DNA of 64,000 nt from an uncultured virus (IMG/VR IMGVR_UViG_3300037418_001250) (lineage: Duplodnaviria > Heunggongvirae > Uroviricota > Caudoviricetes): IMG/VR virus record IMGVR_UViG_3300037418_001250. The stretch is one strand, 5' to 3'. This document shows positions 27,204-36,616 of the stretch, in pieces (positions within the stretch are counted from its first letter, which is position 1; the number at the start of each line of letters is the position of its first letter). The notes beneath the pieces were generated by a model that saw only the letters and a program-made list of their open reading frames with translations, ran no database searches and was not told where the DNA came from. The translations under genes were made by a program, and so were the position numbers.

Positions 27204-28336
27204 TGACAGCAATCAACCTCAAGAGCTTCGCGAGCTTCGTGCAGGAGCAGGCCGCCAACATTCAGGGCCGGGTCAAGCAGCTCATCGATTTTTCGACGGG
27301 TTCGGTGATGCGGGCCAACGTCGAGGCCAACGGCGGCGTTGGCTTGTGGCTGCAGGCGCAAATCCTGCGGGTACTGGCGACGACCCGCGCCGCGACCTCG
27401 ACGGGCGCCGATCTCGACAGTTTCGTAGCCGACTTCGGGCTGGCGCGGCTTGGCGCGGCGAACGCCATCGGCACCGTCACGCTCTCCCGCTTCACGCCTT
27501 CGGCGCAAGCGGTCATTCCAGTCGGCGCCACCGTGCAGACGAGCGACGGCACCGTCAATTTCGCCGTCATCGCCGATAACTCGAACTCGAATTTCAACGC
27601 CGGTCTCAACGGCTACGTGCTCGGCGCTGGGATTGCGTCGATCGACGTGCCGGTCATGGCCGAGGTGCCGGGGGTGCAGGGCAACGTCGCGCCGGGCACC
27701 ATCGGCTTCATCACGACGCAGATCGATTTCGTCGACACCGTCAGCAACGCCGCCGCGATCGTCGGTGGCGGCGACGCCGAGAGCGACGCCTCGCTCCGCA
27801 CCCGGTTCATCGATTACGTTCAATCTCTCCGGCGCGGAACGCCTGACGCTATCAAGTTTGCGGTGATGAACCTGCAGCTTGGTACGCAGGCCCTCGTCGT
27901 CGAGTTTACGAACCCCGATTTTACGCCGAACGACAATTTCAATTTCGTCGTCGTCTCGACGTCGGCGCTCAATCCGGTTCCCGACACGACGCTCATGAAC
28001 CACGCCAAGGATGCCGTCGAAGCCTACCGGGCGGGCGGCATCCGTTACGGCGTCTTTCCCGCCTCAGTCGTCTCGGCCGACGTGTCGATGTCCCTGACGC
28101 TCGCTGACGGTTACGATTTTCAGACGATGGTCGCGGGCGTCGGGCTGACGCTCCAAGGTTACGTCAATGGCATGAAGCTCGGCGACACGCTCCGCATCGC
28201 CCGGCTCATCCAGATCGCGCTCGATTATTCACCGGGCGTCATTTCCGCCGACGACGTCCGCATCAACAACGTGCAGGCCGATCTCATCGTCACCGCCCGC
28301 AACATCGTTCGCGCCGGGAGCGTCACCGTCTCATGA
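27203..28336 (+). CDS. baseplate J/gp47-like protein
   Basis: TGADLD...A.G.VT...GGGDAESDASLR.R. Confidence 0.9.
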   Translation: MTAINLKSFASFVQEQAANIQGRVKQLIDFSTGSVMRANVEANGGVGLWLQAQILRVLATTRAATSTGADLDSFVADFGLARLGAANAIGTVTLSRFTPSAQAVIPVGATVQTSDGTVNFAVIADNSNSNFNAGLNGYVLGAGIASIDVPVMAEVPGVQGNVAPGTIGFITTQIDFVDTVSNAAAIVGGGDAESDASLRTRFIDYVQSLRRGTPDAIKFAVMNLQLGTQALVVEFTNPDFTPNDNFNFVVVSTSALNPVPDTTLMNHAKDAVEAYRAGGIRYGVFPASVVSADVSMSLTLADGYDFQTMVAGVGLTLQGYVNGMKLGDTLRIARLIQIALDYSPGVISADDVRINNVQADLIVTARNIVRAGSVTVS

Positions 28337-29046
28337 TTGGCGATCAACAAGACGTCTTGCGGCGACAGAGGGCGACCCTCGGGTCGGGCTGGTTTCCCGA
28401 CCAGTCGCCGGTCCTCGATGCCGTGCTGTCCGGCTTCTCGCTCGTCGGCTCGCAGGCTCATTCCCTGCTTATGTACGTGCGTCAGCAGGGCCGCATCAAA
28501 ACGGCGTCCGATGGTTTTCTCGACCTCATCGCCTTTGATTTCTTCGGGCTTCGGGTCAAGCGCCGCAACGGCCAGGGCGACGATCAATTGCGGGCGACGA
28601 TCATCGCCGAGATTTTCCGCGACCGGGTGACCCGCACCGGCATTCAAAAGGCCGTCGGCGACCTCACCGGCTTCGACGTCCGCATGTTCGAGCCCTTCAA
28701 CGCAAGAGACACCGGCGGCTTCAACACGCCCTATCTCGGCTGGAATTGCCTCGGCCGCTGGGGCTCGCTGATGCTGCCGCGGCAGATCTTTATCGCGACG
28801 CTCAACCCGCGCGGCGCCGGTATTCCAAACGTCGGTGGCTTCAATGACGGTCACGGCGGTTGGGATAAGGCGCCCGGCATGTGGGGCTCGCCGACGCTCA
28901 TCAAGGGCGCCGTCACGCAGGCCGACGTCTACGACGTCATTAACGCGACGCGGGCGATGGGCGTCACGCCTTGGGTATCGATCGGCTATCCGCCGGAAGC
29001 TCGCCTCGACGATGATTTCATCCTCGACCAATCGCTCTTGGAGTAG
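28333..29046 (+). CDS. baseplate wedge (gpI-like)
   Basis: TASDGFLDLIA.DFFG...R..G..D..LR; follows J. Confidence 0.7.
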   Translation: MIGDQQDVLRRQRATLGSGWFPDQSPVLDAVLSGFSLVGSQAHSLLMYVRQQGRIKTASDGFLDLIAFDFFGLRVKRRNGQGDDQLRATIIAEIFRDRVTRTGIQKAVGDLTGFDVRMFEPFNARDTGGFNTPYLGWNCLGRWGSLMLPRQIFIATLNPRGAGIPNVGGFNDGHGGWDKAPGMWGSPTLIKGAVTQADVYDVINATRAMGVTPWVSIGYPPEARLDDDFILDQSLLE

Positions 29047-29049
29047 GCC

Positions 29050-30054
29050 ATGACCGCACAATTCAGCTCCAAGCAAATCCTGACCGCGCTCATGCTGAAC
29101 GCGGCTTTCAACGCCAAGGTCGACGCCTCCATCGGCGCGGCGATGCAGGCGGCGATTACGCGCCTCGAAAACTTGGGTGCGCAAAATTACCTCGGCCTCT
29201 GGGACGCCTCGACGAACACGCCGCCGCTCGCCTCCGGCGTCGGCACCAACGGCGACACCTACACGGTCTCCGTTGCAGGCGCGACGGAACTCGACGGCGT
29301 CGCGAGCTGGGGCGTTGGCGACAAGGTGACCTTCAACGGCGGCCTCGGCGTTTGGCAGCGGACCCCGAATATCGCCAACAGCGTTTCTTCCGTTGCGGGC
29401 CTGACCAGCGTCGTCACGGCGGCAGATTTGATCGCGGCGCTCGAGTTGACGATCGATGACATCACCGACGCGACAATCGTCGGCCAAGGTCTCGTCAGGG
29501 CCGCGACCGCCGCGGCGGCGCTCTCTGTGCTCGGCGCGGGCTCGGCGGCAACCAAAGCCGCTGGCACGAAGAAGAACAACGTCCTGCTGCTCGCCGACGA
29601 CGACAAGTTGCCGCCGCTCGACGGCTCGGCGCTGACCGGCATCAACGTGCCCGTCATCTCGGTCGCCGGCCGCACCGGCGCCGTGACGCTTGCAAAGGCC
29701 GACGTCGGCCTCGCCAACGTCGACAACACCTCGGACGCCAATAAGCCCGTTTCAACGGCGCAACAGACGGCGCTCAACGCCAAACTCGCAACTGCAGGTC
29801 TTGGTGCGGCCCTCGCCGCGCTCGGCCTCGGCGGCGTCGGGAGCTTTGCCTACCTGGCACTGTCGACGACCGGCGGCAGCATCGTCGCCGGGCAAACCTA
29901 CCCCGGCTCCGATCTTCTCTACGCTGGCATCTTGGGCACGAGCAACGCCTGCCTTCTGGCGACCAACGGCGCGCCTCCGGGGACGTGGCGGAGCATGGGC
30001 TATTGCAGTGCCACGACCTACCGCTGCTCAACGCTCTTTCAAAGGATCGCCTAG
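29050..30054 (+). CDS. tail fibre protein
   Basis: SVAGRTGAVTL.KADVGL.NVDNTSDANKPVSTAQQ motif; PGTWRSMG tip. Confidence 0.8.
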   Translation: MTAQFSSKQILTALMLNAAFNAKVDASIGAAMQAAITRLENLGAQNYLGLWDASTNTPPLASGVGTNGDTYTVSVAGATELDGVASWGVGDKVTFNGGLGVWQRTPNIANSVSSVAGLTSVVTAADLIAALELTIDDITDATIVGQGLVRAATAAAALSVLGAGSAATKAAGTKKNNVLLLADDDKLPPLDGSALTGINVPVISVAGRTGAVTLAKADVGLANVDNTSDANKPVSTAQQTALNAKLATAGLGAALAALGLGGVGSFAYLALSTTGGSIVAGQTYPGSDLLYAGILGTSNACLLATNGAPPGTWRSMGYCSATTYRCSTLFQRIA

Positions 30055-30537
30055 ATGATCGATGGTCCAAACATTCCCATCCGCAACGTCCGCTACAACG
30101 CCCACGGCAGCATCGATTGTGAAATCGAGATCGTCGAAAACGAGTGGATACCCTTTACGGCGACACTCAATGACGTCGAGCCGCATTCGGCGCAGATTTA
30201 CCAGCGGGCGCTCGCCATGCAGCCGGTCGCTTACGTCGCGCCGACGCCGGTCGAGGGTGACTATCAGATCGCCGTCCAATCGCTGATCGATGCGACGGCG
30301 GCGGCACGCAATTACACCGACGGTAATTCGTGCGTTTCCTATGTCGGCGACACCGTCAACCCGCAATGGGCAGCGGAAGCGGCTTGGTTCAAGGACTGGC
30401 GCAGCCAAGTCTGGGCCTACGTCTTCGCGCAGCTCGCGCTCGTCACGTCGGGGCAGCGGACGCAGCCGACCGTTGCCGCGCTCATCAGTGAAATCACCGC
30501 CAAATTTCCGATCAACTGGCCGCAGTCGGCAGGTTGA
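30055..30537 (+). CDS. tail fibre assembly chaperone
   Basis: IDCEI...WIPFTA..ND.E; D..A..R.Y......SY...W. Confidence 0.7.
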   Translation: MIDGPNIPIRNVRYNAHGSIDCEIEIVENEWIPFTATLNDVEPHSAQIYQRALAMQPVAYVAPTPVEGDYQIAVQSLIDATAAARNYTDGNSCVSYVGDTVNPQWAAEAAWFKDWRSQVWAYVFAQLALVTSGQRTQPTVAALISEITAKFPINWPQSAG

Positions 30538-30595
30538 TCCAGACGGACACTCGTCACGCCGCGTTCATGGCGATCCGAAATTCTGAGGGGACGTT

Positions 30596-32254
30596 ATGGA
30601 CCGCAAGCTCGCATATCCGACGCAAATTCCGCTCGTTGAGGATTGGCTCAACAGCCAGAAGAACACGATGATCGCGCTGGCGGCGCTGACCCAGTGCATC
30701 AACGGCACGCCGGTCGTCGCCGATGGTCTTGCCGTCATTCCAACCGTGCCGGCCTCGCTGGCGGTGCAGGTGTTGCCGGGCTCGATCTATTCGCCGGTCG
30801 CCGTCGATACGACCGACTATGGCATCGTCGGCAACGACACCGTCCACACGATTATGAAACAGGGCGTCAATCTCGACGCCGTGGTGCTGACGCTTGACCC
30901 GCCGACGACCGCTGGGCAGTCGATTAACTACCTGATCCAGGCGCAGCTCAGCGAGGGCGACACCGACGATATGGTGCTGCCCTACGTCAACGCCGCCGAC
31001 CCCGACCATCCTTTCTCCGGCCCCAACGACAGCGGCATCATGCAGCCGACGACCCGCGAGGCGCGCGTCGTCGTGCAGGCCAAGGCTGGCGTCGCCGCCA
31101 CCGCCGGAACGCAGACGACGCCCGCGCCTGATGACGGCTGGGTTGGGCTTTATCAGGTGACGGTCGCGCAAGGTGCGACGACGCTCGACAGCACCAAGAT
31201 CATTCAGGTCGAGAGCGCGCCTTTTCTGTTCAAGAAGCTGCCGGAAATTCCGGCCTGGGTACAGTCCGGCGCTTTTCTCTGGGCCAACAACGATACGGGA
31301 ACGGCGAACGCGATCGTTGCAACCTGCACGCCAAAGGTGACGAGCTACACCAAGGGGCAGCACTTTTTTGTCAAGAAAGGGCCGAACGCCAACACCGCCA
31401 ACCTGACGTTCGACGGCGGCGGCGGCGCGGTCGCCGTTCTTGACTTGACCGGCGCGCAGATCGGCCCCGGCAACGCTGGCGCTGGCTACGTCATGCACCT
31501 CGTTTTCGACGGCGCCAGCATGAGGTGGGTCAACGGTTCAATTACGCAAACGAGCGTCACCTCGATCACCGCCGCCTCGGGCGAGGGCATCACCGTCAAG
31601 GGCGACAACTCCGTCAACCTGAACATTCCTGGCCTCGGTGCTGGGTTGCCGACGGCGCTCGATCTCTTGGTTTTCTTCGACAACGAAGGCGGCCATCACA
31701 TGAAGGTGTCCTGGGCGTCGCTTTTGGCGCTGATCCAGGCATCCGTCGGTTCACAAAACCTCAAGGCGCTGGCACCGGTCATCATGATGCGGGAGCAGCG
31801 GCCGGGGACGGCGGGGGCTCCAAGCGGCATCGGCGGCGCCTGGAATACCCGCAAGCTCAACACGACGCTCGCCAACCAAATGGCGTCGATCGGCAGCGTC
31901 ATCAATACCAGCACGGGGCAGATTACGCTTCCGGCTGGCAGTTACCGGGTCGACGCCGCCGGTGCGTCCTACGCCTCTGGCAATAGCCGCGTCCGGCTGC
32001 AGGACGTAACCAACGGCGTGACGCTCGGGCAGGGCATCACGACCGACACGCACACCGACGGACCGGGCGGCGCTTCCGATACGCACGCAGTCACGACGCC
32101 GTCGACGATGAACACCTACTTCACGCTCGCTGCTCCGGCGGTCGTTGAGCTGCAGCAGTACGTGTCGAACACGACGCCGCTCGGCGACACCACCAACATC
32201 GGCTCCGATCAAATCCACATCGACAGCTACATCTCCATCACGAAGGACGGCTGA
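30596..32254 (+). CDS. tail fibre protein (baseplate-anchored)
   Basis: MDRKLAYP.QIP N-terminus; DTGTANA motif; C1q-like C-terminal ITLPAG.Y. Confidence 0.75.
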   Translation: MDRKLAYPTQIPLVEDWLNSQKNTMIALAALTQCINGTPVVADGLAVIPTVPASLAVQVLPGSIYSPVAVDTTDYGIVGNDTVHTIMKQGVNLDAVVLTLDPPTTAGQSINYLIQAQLSEGDTDDMVLPYVNAADPDHPFSGPNDSGIMQPTTREARVVVQAKAGVAATAGTQTTPAPDDGWVGLYQVTVAQGATTLDSTKIIQVESAPFLFKKLPEIPAWVQSGAFLWANNDTGTANAIVATCTPKVTSYTKGQHFFVKKGPNANTANLTFDGGGGAVAVLDLTGAQIGPGNAGAGYVMHLVFDGASMRWVNGSITQTSVTSITAASGEGITVKGDNSVNLNIPGLGAGLPTALDLLVFFDNEGGHHMKVSWASLLALIQASVGSQNLKALAPVIMMREQRPGTAGAPSGIGGAWNTRKLNTTLANQMASIGSVINTSTGQITLPAGSYRVDAAGASYASGNSRVRLQDVTNGVTLGQGITTDTHTDGPGGASDTHAVTTPSTMNTYFTLAAPAVVELQQYVSNTTPLGDTTNIGSDQIHIDSYISITKDG

Positions 32255-32258
32255 GGCG

Positions 32259-33368
32259 ATGCTAAGGCTCACCCGAGACGATCTGCAGCACATCGCGCCG
32301 CGGCCGAAGACGCCGAAGAAGGCGGCGATCTGGGACGGCTACGTCGCTGCCCTAACGTCGCCGGAAGGCGCGGCGCTCTTTGAGCGGTATCAAGTCAACA
32401 CGCCGCTCAGGGTGCAGCACGCATTGGCGCAATGGGCGGGTCCGGAGACGGCTGGGTTTAGTCTGGTCTTCGAGAGTGGCGCCTACTCGGCGGCCGGCAT
32501 TCTGCGCGTCTTCGGCTATCCGCATCATTCTTCGCCGGTCTCGGAAGAGGAAGCGCGAGAGATCGCGGCGCTCCCCGTTTACGACGACGGCTCGGGTCCG
32601 CGCGCCGACCGGCTCTTCGAGCGCGTCTACGGCTACCTGACCCACATCGGACCGACGCTCGGCAACACGCTGCCCGGCGACGGTCAGAAGTATCGCGGCC
32701 TTGGTCCCGATCAGGCGACCGGCAAGTACGCATGGATGCACGCGGCGCAGCTCATCGGTTGCTCGCTCGAAGCCCTGGCGCAGCCGATCAACATGCTGCA
32801 CATGGCGCTCATCGAGTGGAGCGAACTTGGCTGCAACGAGTACGCCGACCAGGACGATTGCGTGAACATTCGCTCGCTCATCAACCTCGGTCACGCGCAC
32901 GGCGCGTTGTCGAAAATGAACGGCCTGCCTGCGGCCCAGGCGACGCTCCGGCTGTGCAAGAACGTCATCACCGAAGCCGATTTTTCCTCGGACGGCGGCG
33001 TCAATCCCCGCGTCGCGGTCGGCAACAATGGCGGCCCGCCGCTTGAGCCGGACATTCCGGTCAACGGCGATCATTTGCAGCCCACGAACGAATTTAAGCC
33101 CGCGAGCCTCTGGCAATCGACGGAAATGCACCAAGCGGGCGCCGGGGCGATCACGTCGGGCGGCGTCGCTGGCACAAAGATCATGGCCTTTCTTCCGGCG
33201 GCCTTCGGCGCGGCGCACGCGGGCGGCGGATTTAGCCTCACGGATTTTGCCTTTTCTCTGCTTTCCAACGCCGACTTTTACGAGTGGGCCTTCGCCTCGA
33301 TCGCGGCGGGCGGCTGCATTTATCTGATGGTGCAGCGCTACAAGCGATTTCATATCTGGGGGGTGTGA
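32259..33368 (+). CDS. endolysin, GH19-like, with hydrophobic C-terminal extension
   Basis: NTPLRVQHALAQ...E; LGNT.PGDGQKYRG.G..Q.TGK. Confidence 0.75.
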   Translation: MLRLTRDDLQHIAPRPKTPKKAAIWDGYVAALTSPEGAALFERYQVNTPLRVQHALAQWAGPETAGFSLVFESGAYSAAGILRVFGYPHHSSPVSEEEAREIAALPVYDDGSGPRADRLFERVYGYLTHIGPTLGNTLPGDGQKYRGLGPDQATGKYAWMHAAQLIGCSLEALAQPINMLHMALIEWSELGCNEYADQDDCVNIRSLINLGHAHGALSKMNGLPAAQATLRLCKNVITEADFSSDGGVNPRVAVGNNGGPPLEPDIPVNGDHLQPTNEFKPASLWQSTEMHQAGAGAITSGGVAGTKIMAFLPAAFGAAHAGGGFSLTDFAFSLLSNADFYEWAFASIAAGGCIYLMVQRYKRFHIWGV

Positions 33369-33769
33369 TGGCGGCGCTTTTCTCAGGCCTTTGGGCGGCC
33401 ATTACCCGCTACTCGCTGGGCGACATCGCCACCGTCCTCATCGGCGGCGCGCTGATGACGGCCGCGGGCGTCGGCGTCTACAAAGTGACGGACGCCTTCG
33501 AGCGGGCAGGAGCCGCGCCCGAGCAGGTCGCGAACGCCAAGCTGAAATGCGACAACCAGAAGATCGCCGCCGACAACGCCGCGATGGAAGAACTCGTCGC
33601 CGCCAACCGGCGCGCGGCAGAGGCGGCGCAGAAGGAACGCGACCGACAAAAGACGGTGGCCGACCAGCGGCTTTTCAAAATCCATGACCTCGAAGTGCAA
33701 CTCGCGGTGAAACCCGCGGCGCCGGAATGCGGCTATTCGCCGGAAGTGACGGGGAGCCTCCGCAAATGA
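33368..33769 (+). CDS. inner-membrane spanin (Rz-like)
   Basis: N-terminal TM plus coiled coil after lysin. Confidence 0.6.
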   Translation: MAALFSGLWAAITRYSLGDIATVLIGGALMTAAGVGVYKVTDAFERAGAAPEQVANAKLKCDNQKIAADNAAMEELVAANRRAAEAAQKERDRQKTVADQRLFKIHDLEVQLAVKPAAPECGYSPEVTGSLRK

Positions 33770-34092
33770 TGACGTGTCGCAAAAACACGATTTCGTGCGC
33801 ATATCGGCTGGCATATGTCGCAAGCGTGAGCATGTTGCTCGCGGCCTGCGATGACCCATTCCACCCCGCAGCGCCGCCGCCGGTCCTCGTGACCAAGGTC
33901 GTGACGCCTGACCTGCCCGCCGAATGCACCTCGCCCGATCCCAACTGGATCGACCCGCCGAAAGGCTTTGAGCCTATCGGCCACGTCGCCGAGCGGGAGC
34001 AGAAAAACCACGACCATTTCAGCGACATGAAGAGTGACCGCGCCGTGTGCCGGGCCGGAGTGAAGGCCGCAGCAGCTAAACCGAAGGGATAA
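33766..34092 (+). CDS. outer-membrane spanin lipoprotein (Rz1-like)
   Basis: Lipobox LLAAC, Pro-rich. Confidence 0.6.
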   Translation: MMTCRKNTISCAYRLAYVASVSMLLAACDDPFHPAAPPPVLVTKVVTPDLPAECTSPDPNWIDPPKGFEPIGHVAEREQKNHDHFSDMKSDRAVCRAGVKAAAAKPKG

Positions 34093-34096
34093 GACA

Positions 34097-34681
34097 ATGG
34101 ACGTGACCAACCTGCCGCAAACGCCGCCCGCGACGCCGCCGTCGGCCATCGCCAGCGCCGAAGCAACCGCCGGAGCCGTCGCGCACGCACTCGCCGACGC
34201 CGCCAAGGAAGTTCTCGTTGACGCCGAAGAGGCGGCAGCTCGCGTCACCGCCGCCGCCAAGCCGCACTGGACGGCGTTTCTGACCGACTGGCGATCATGG
34301 GCGACGCCAACCCGCATCGCCTTCGTCATCATCGTGACCTTGGGCTCGGTGCTTTTCATTCAATTCGGATACGGCCTCATCAATTTTGCAAGCGGCAGCA
34401 TCCGAGCAGCACACGCCTACGCGCACGGGCAAGTGGTGACCAAGGCTGATCTTGCTGCCAAGGCCAACCTCACCGCGGTGCCGAGCCGGGCACAATTTGC
34501 AGCGCTGGCCAAGACCGTCGAAGCGCTCGATGCCGATGCCACCGACGCCAAGGCGCGGCTCGCTGCCGTCGAGAAGCAGCTGGCGGATGCCGAAGCGGCG
34601 TTGGCCGCGAAGAGGAAGAAGACGCCGCGCAGAGCGACGGTTCACGAGAAGCCTGAAAATTCGCCGTTTTGGTCATTCTGA
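34097..34681 (+). CDS. membrane protein, TM plus coiled coil
   Basis: IAFVIIVTLGSVLFI helix. Confidence 0.6.
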   Translation: MDVTNLPQTPPATPPSAIASAEATAGAVAHALADAAKEVLVDAEEAAARVTAAAKPHWTAFLTDWRSWATPTRIAFVIIVTLGSVLFIQFGYGLINFASGSIRAAHAYAHGQVVTKADLAAKANLTAVPSRAQFAALAKTVEALDADATDAKARLAAVEKQLADAEAALAAKRKKTPRRATVHEKPENSPFWSF

Positions 34682-34704
34682 CGGAGAGACGAGAGGCGCC
34701 TAAC

Positions 34705-35598
34705 ATGGGCCAGAATGCAGATGCCGCCGCACCGAATTTCGAGTGGGTTGGGGCCGCCGCAAAGCTTGCGGCGCCCGGAGTACCTGCGAACCCTGAGACG
34801 GCCAGCGGCCGACGATTGGGCTGGGAGACTGGCGGTCGCCGAGAACGAAATCAATCACCTGTGGATAGCGGGCGACCGCAAGGCGGAAGCGATCGAAGTG
34901 CTGCAGGAGATCATCCGGGAGCACGGCGAGCACATCGAGCGGCAGAGACGCCTCCGCCGCTTCCTCGTAAGGCACTGGCTGGCGATCCTGAAAGTCATCG
35001 CCGCCTCGCTGATGTTCGCGCTGACCATGCTCAACCTGATGGACGTCAACTCGGCGGCCCACCTTTACAAAAAGGCGGTGCAGTTCCGCGAGGCGATGCA
35101 CCTGGGAGAGGCAAGCGAGTAGGCGGGCCATCGATCCCCGATATTCTCTTCATCGTGGCGATCGTCTCGTGCCTGTCCTCGATGATCGCGGTCGCCATTT
35201 CAGCGGTCGCCTTCAAGGGGCCGCCGGCCGACGCCATCACCTTCCGGCAAATGACGCTGGCGCGCAACGTCGTCAAGGCGGGCGAAGATCTGCAGTTATC
35301 ATTCACCTACGACAAGCGGGCCGCCTGTTTCGGCACCGGCGCCTATGGCGAATACTACTTCCGGGTCTGGGATGGCGACGGCAACGCCTCAAGCCTGCGG
35401 AAATTGCCGGACGGCCGCGTCGCCGACGATCCCGCGGGGCTCGGCCAGCGAGCGAACCTGATCGTGACGCTCGCTCATATCCTGCCGCCGCTGGAGCCGG
35501 GACGCTACGCCTTGCAGGTCGTCGCCGCCTTTCGCTGCAAAGGCGAAAACCAGCAGTTCGTGTTGTCGCCGAAGGTGCCGTTCGTGGTTTCGAGTTAG
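34705..35598 (+). CDS. membrane-anchored periplasmic beta-domain protein (only the part after ~35120 looks protein-like)
   Basis: TM ILFIVAIVSCLSSMIAVAI then Cys-paired beta domain. Confidence 0.5.
   Translation: MGQNADAAAPNFEWVGAAAKLAAPGVPANPETASGRRLGWETGGRRERNQSPVDSGRPQGGSDRSAAGDHPGARRAHRAAETPPPLPRKALAGDPESHRRLADVRADHAQPDGRQLGGPPLQKGGAVPRGDAPGRGKRVGGPSIPDILFIVAIVSCLSSMIAVAISAVAFKGPPADAITFRQMTLARNVVKAGEDLQLSFTYDKRAACFGTGAYGEYYFRVWDGDGNASSLRKLPDGRVADDPAGLGQRANLIVTLAHILPPLEPGRYALQVVAAFRCKGENQQFVLSPKVPFVVSS
34715..35122 (+). CDS. holin-like membrane protein (start uncertain)
   Basis: Coiled coil then WLAILKVIAASLMFALTML helix, in the lysis cluster. Confidence 0.45.
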   Translation: MQMPPHRISSGLGPPQSLRRPEYLRTLRRPAADDWAGRLAVAENEINHLWIAGDRKAEAIEVLQEIIREHGEHIERQRRLRRFLVRHWLAILKVIAASLMFALTMLNLMDVNSAAHLYKKAVQFREAMHLGEASE

Positions 35599-35653
35599 GC
35601 CGGGGTCAGCCTCTTCCCCGGCCTGGAGCGCAGCGGTCCCACACCCTGCGATC

Positions 35654-35700
35654 ACCCGTCCGCGCTCGGCTTCATCCCCCGGCGCGGACGGGTTTATTTT
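35654..35700. terminator. terminator at convergence of late and accessory units
   Basis: ACCCGTCCGCGC/GCGCGGACGGGT stem then TTATTTT. Confidence 0.7.
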
Positions 35701-36176
35701 GGCCTCCTACACGTCATCCTTGCATATTTCCAATACGCCTGCCTCCAGTCGGTCGCGAGGTCGTGACGCGCTTCTTCGAGCGTCGCCTTACCGGCGCACA
35801 CGCACCGCATCGCCTGGACTTCGACGCGATCCTTGCGGCGGGCTTCGGTCCAGGGTTCGAGCTGCAGATTGGAAGTGTCGGCGGGTGCGCCGCCGAGACA
35901 GAGCGGGACGATGTGATCGAGTTCATACTTCTTGCGGTCGGCCCAAGTTTCGCCGCGCGCCTTCAACATTCTGAGTTTGATGAGGCTTGTCGTGTACCAG
36001 GGCGGCCGAACGGTCGCCGTCCAGCCCTTGACGCAGATCGTCGACGCGATCGTCGTTTGCGTCACCGCCGGATTGAGTGCCGGATCGGCGTGCGCGGCGC
36101 GAACGCCGAGCACGATGCCAACGCCGATGAGTAGCGCGGCAGCGGCGCAAAGGAAGGCTTTGGCGAGCGGCTTCAT
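35694..36176 (-). CDS. secreted HNH-fold protein
   Basis: Signal peptide; YELDHIVPLCLGG...NLQ. Confidence 0.7.
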   Translation of the reverse strand: MKPLAKAFLCAAAALLIGVGIVLGVRAAHADPALNPAVTQTTIASTICVKGWTATVRPPWYTTSLIKLRMLKARGETWADRKKYELDHIVPLCLGGAPADTSNLQLEPWTEARRKDRVEVQAMRCVCAGKATLEEARHDLATDWRQAYWKYARMTCRRPK

Positions 36177-36352
36177 GGCGAGCCCTTTCCCAGCGCGTAC
36201 CCAACGAGACCGACGATGACGTAGGACAGCAGGCGACCGAGCGTCATGCCGAAGATCGCGCCGAAAAACCACCACACGAAGAGCGCGAAAAGCGCCAAAA
36301 AGGCCAAGACGACGATGTTGCTGCCGATGTCGATTTTGATGTTTTTGCTCAT
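36173..36352 (-). CDS. 59-aa two-TM membrane protein (absent from ORF track)
   Basis: MSKNIKIDIGSNIVVLAFLALFALFVWWFFGAIFG...; ATGA coupling. Confidence 0.6.
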   Translation of the reverse strand: MSKNIKIDIGSNIVVLAFLALFALFVWWFFGAIFGMTLGRLLSYVIVGLVGYALGKGSP

Positions 36353-36355
36353 ATC

Positions 36356-36616
36356 CTAAAGCCAACTTTCTACGATGACGTAGCTGTCGCTCTCGTCGCG
36401 CGGGAAACACGCGAGGCCGGGCGGCAATTGCGCCCGAACCTCTTCGAGCGTCGCGCCCGTGATGACGGCCGTGGTTGCTTGCATCTGACCATCACGCGAT
36501 GCGACGTTGGCGCGGGCGATGAAGCCCTCCGGGTAATCGAAGGGCTTCTCGTAGATCGTCCACACGGGCATGTAGCCGGCGTCGACGAGGTGCTTGTGAG
36601 CTTCGACCGGCGTCAT
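36356..36616 (-). CDS. hypothetical protein
   Basis: WTIYEKP.DYP..F.AR...TLEEVRA.LP.GL...R...D...IVE.W. Confidence 0.65.
   Translation of the reverse strand: MTPVEAHKHLVDAGYMPVWTIYEKPFDYPEGFIARANVASRDGQMQATTAVITGATLEEVRAQLPPGLACFPRDESDSYVIVESWL

Noticed and set aside
29050..32254. Diversity-generating retroelement or invertible tail-fibre cassette
   Set aside because: No reverse transcriptase or invertase, and no template/variable repeat pair seen by eye
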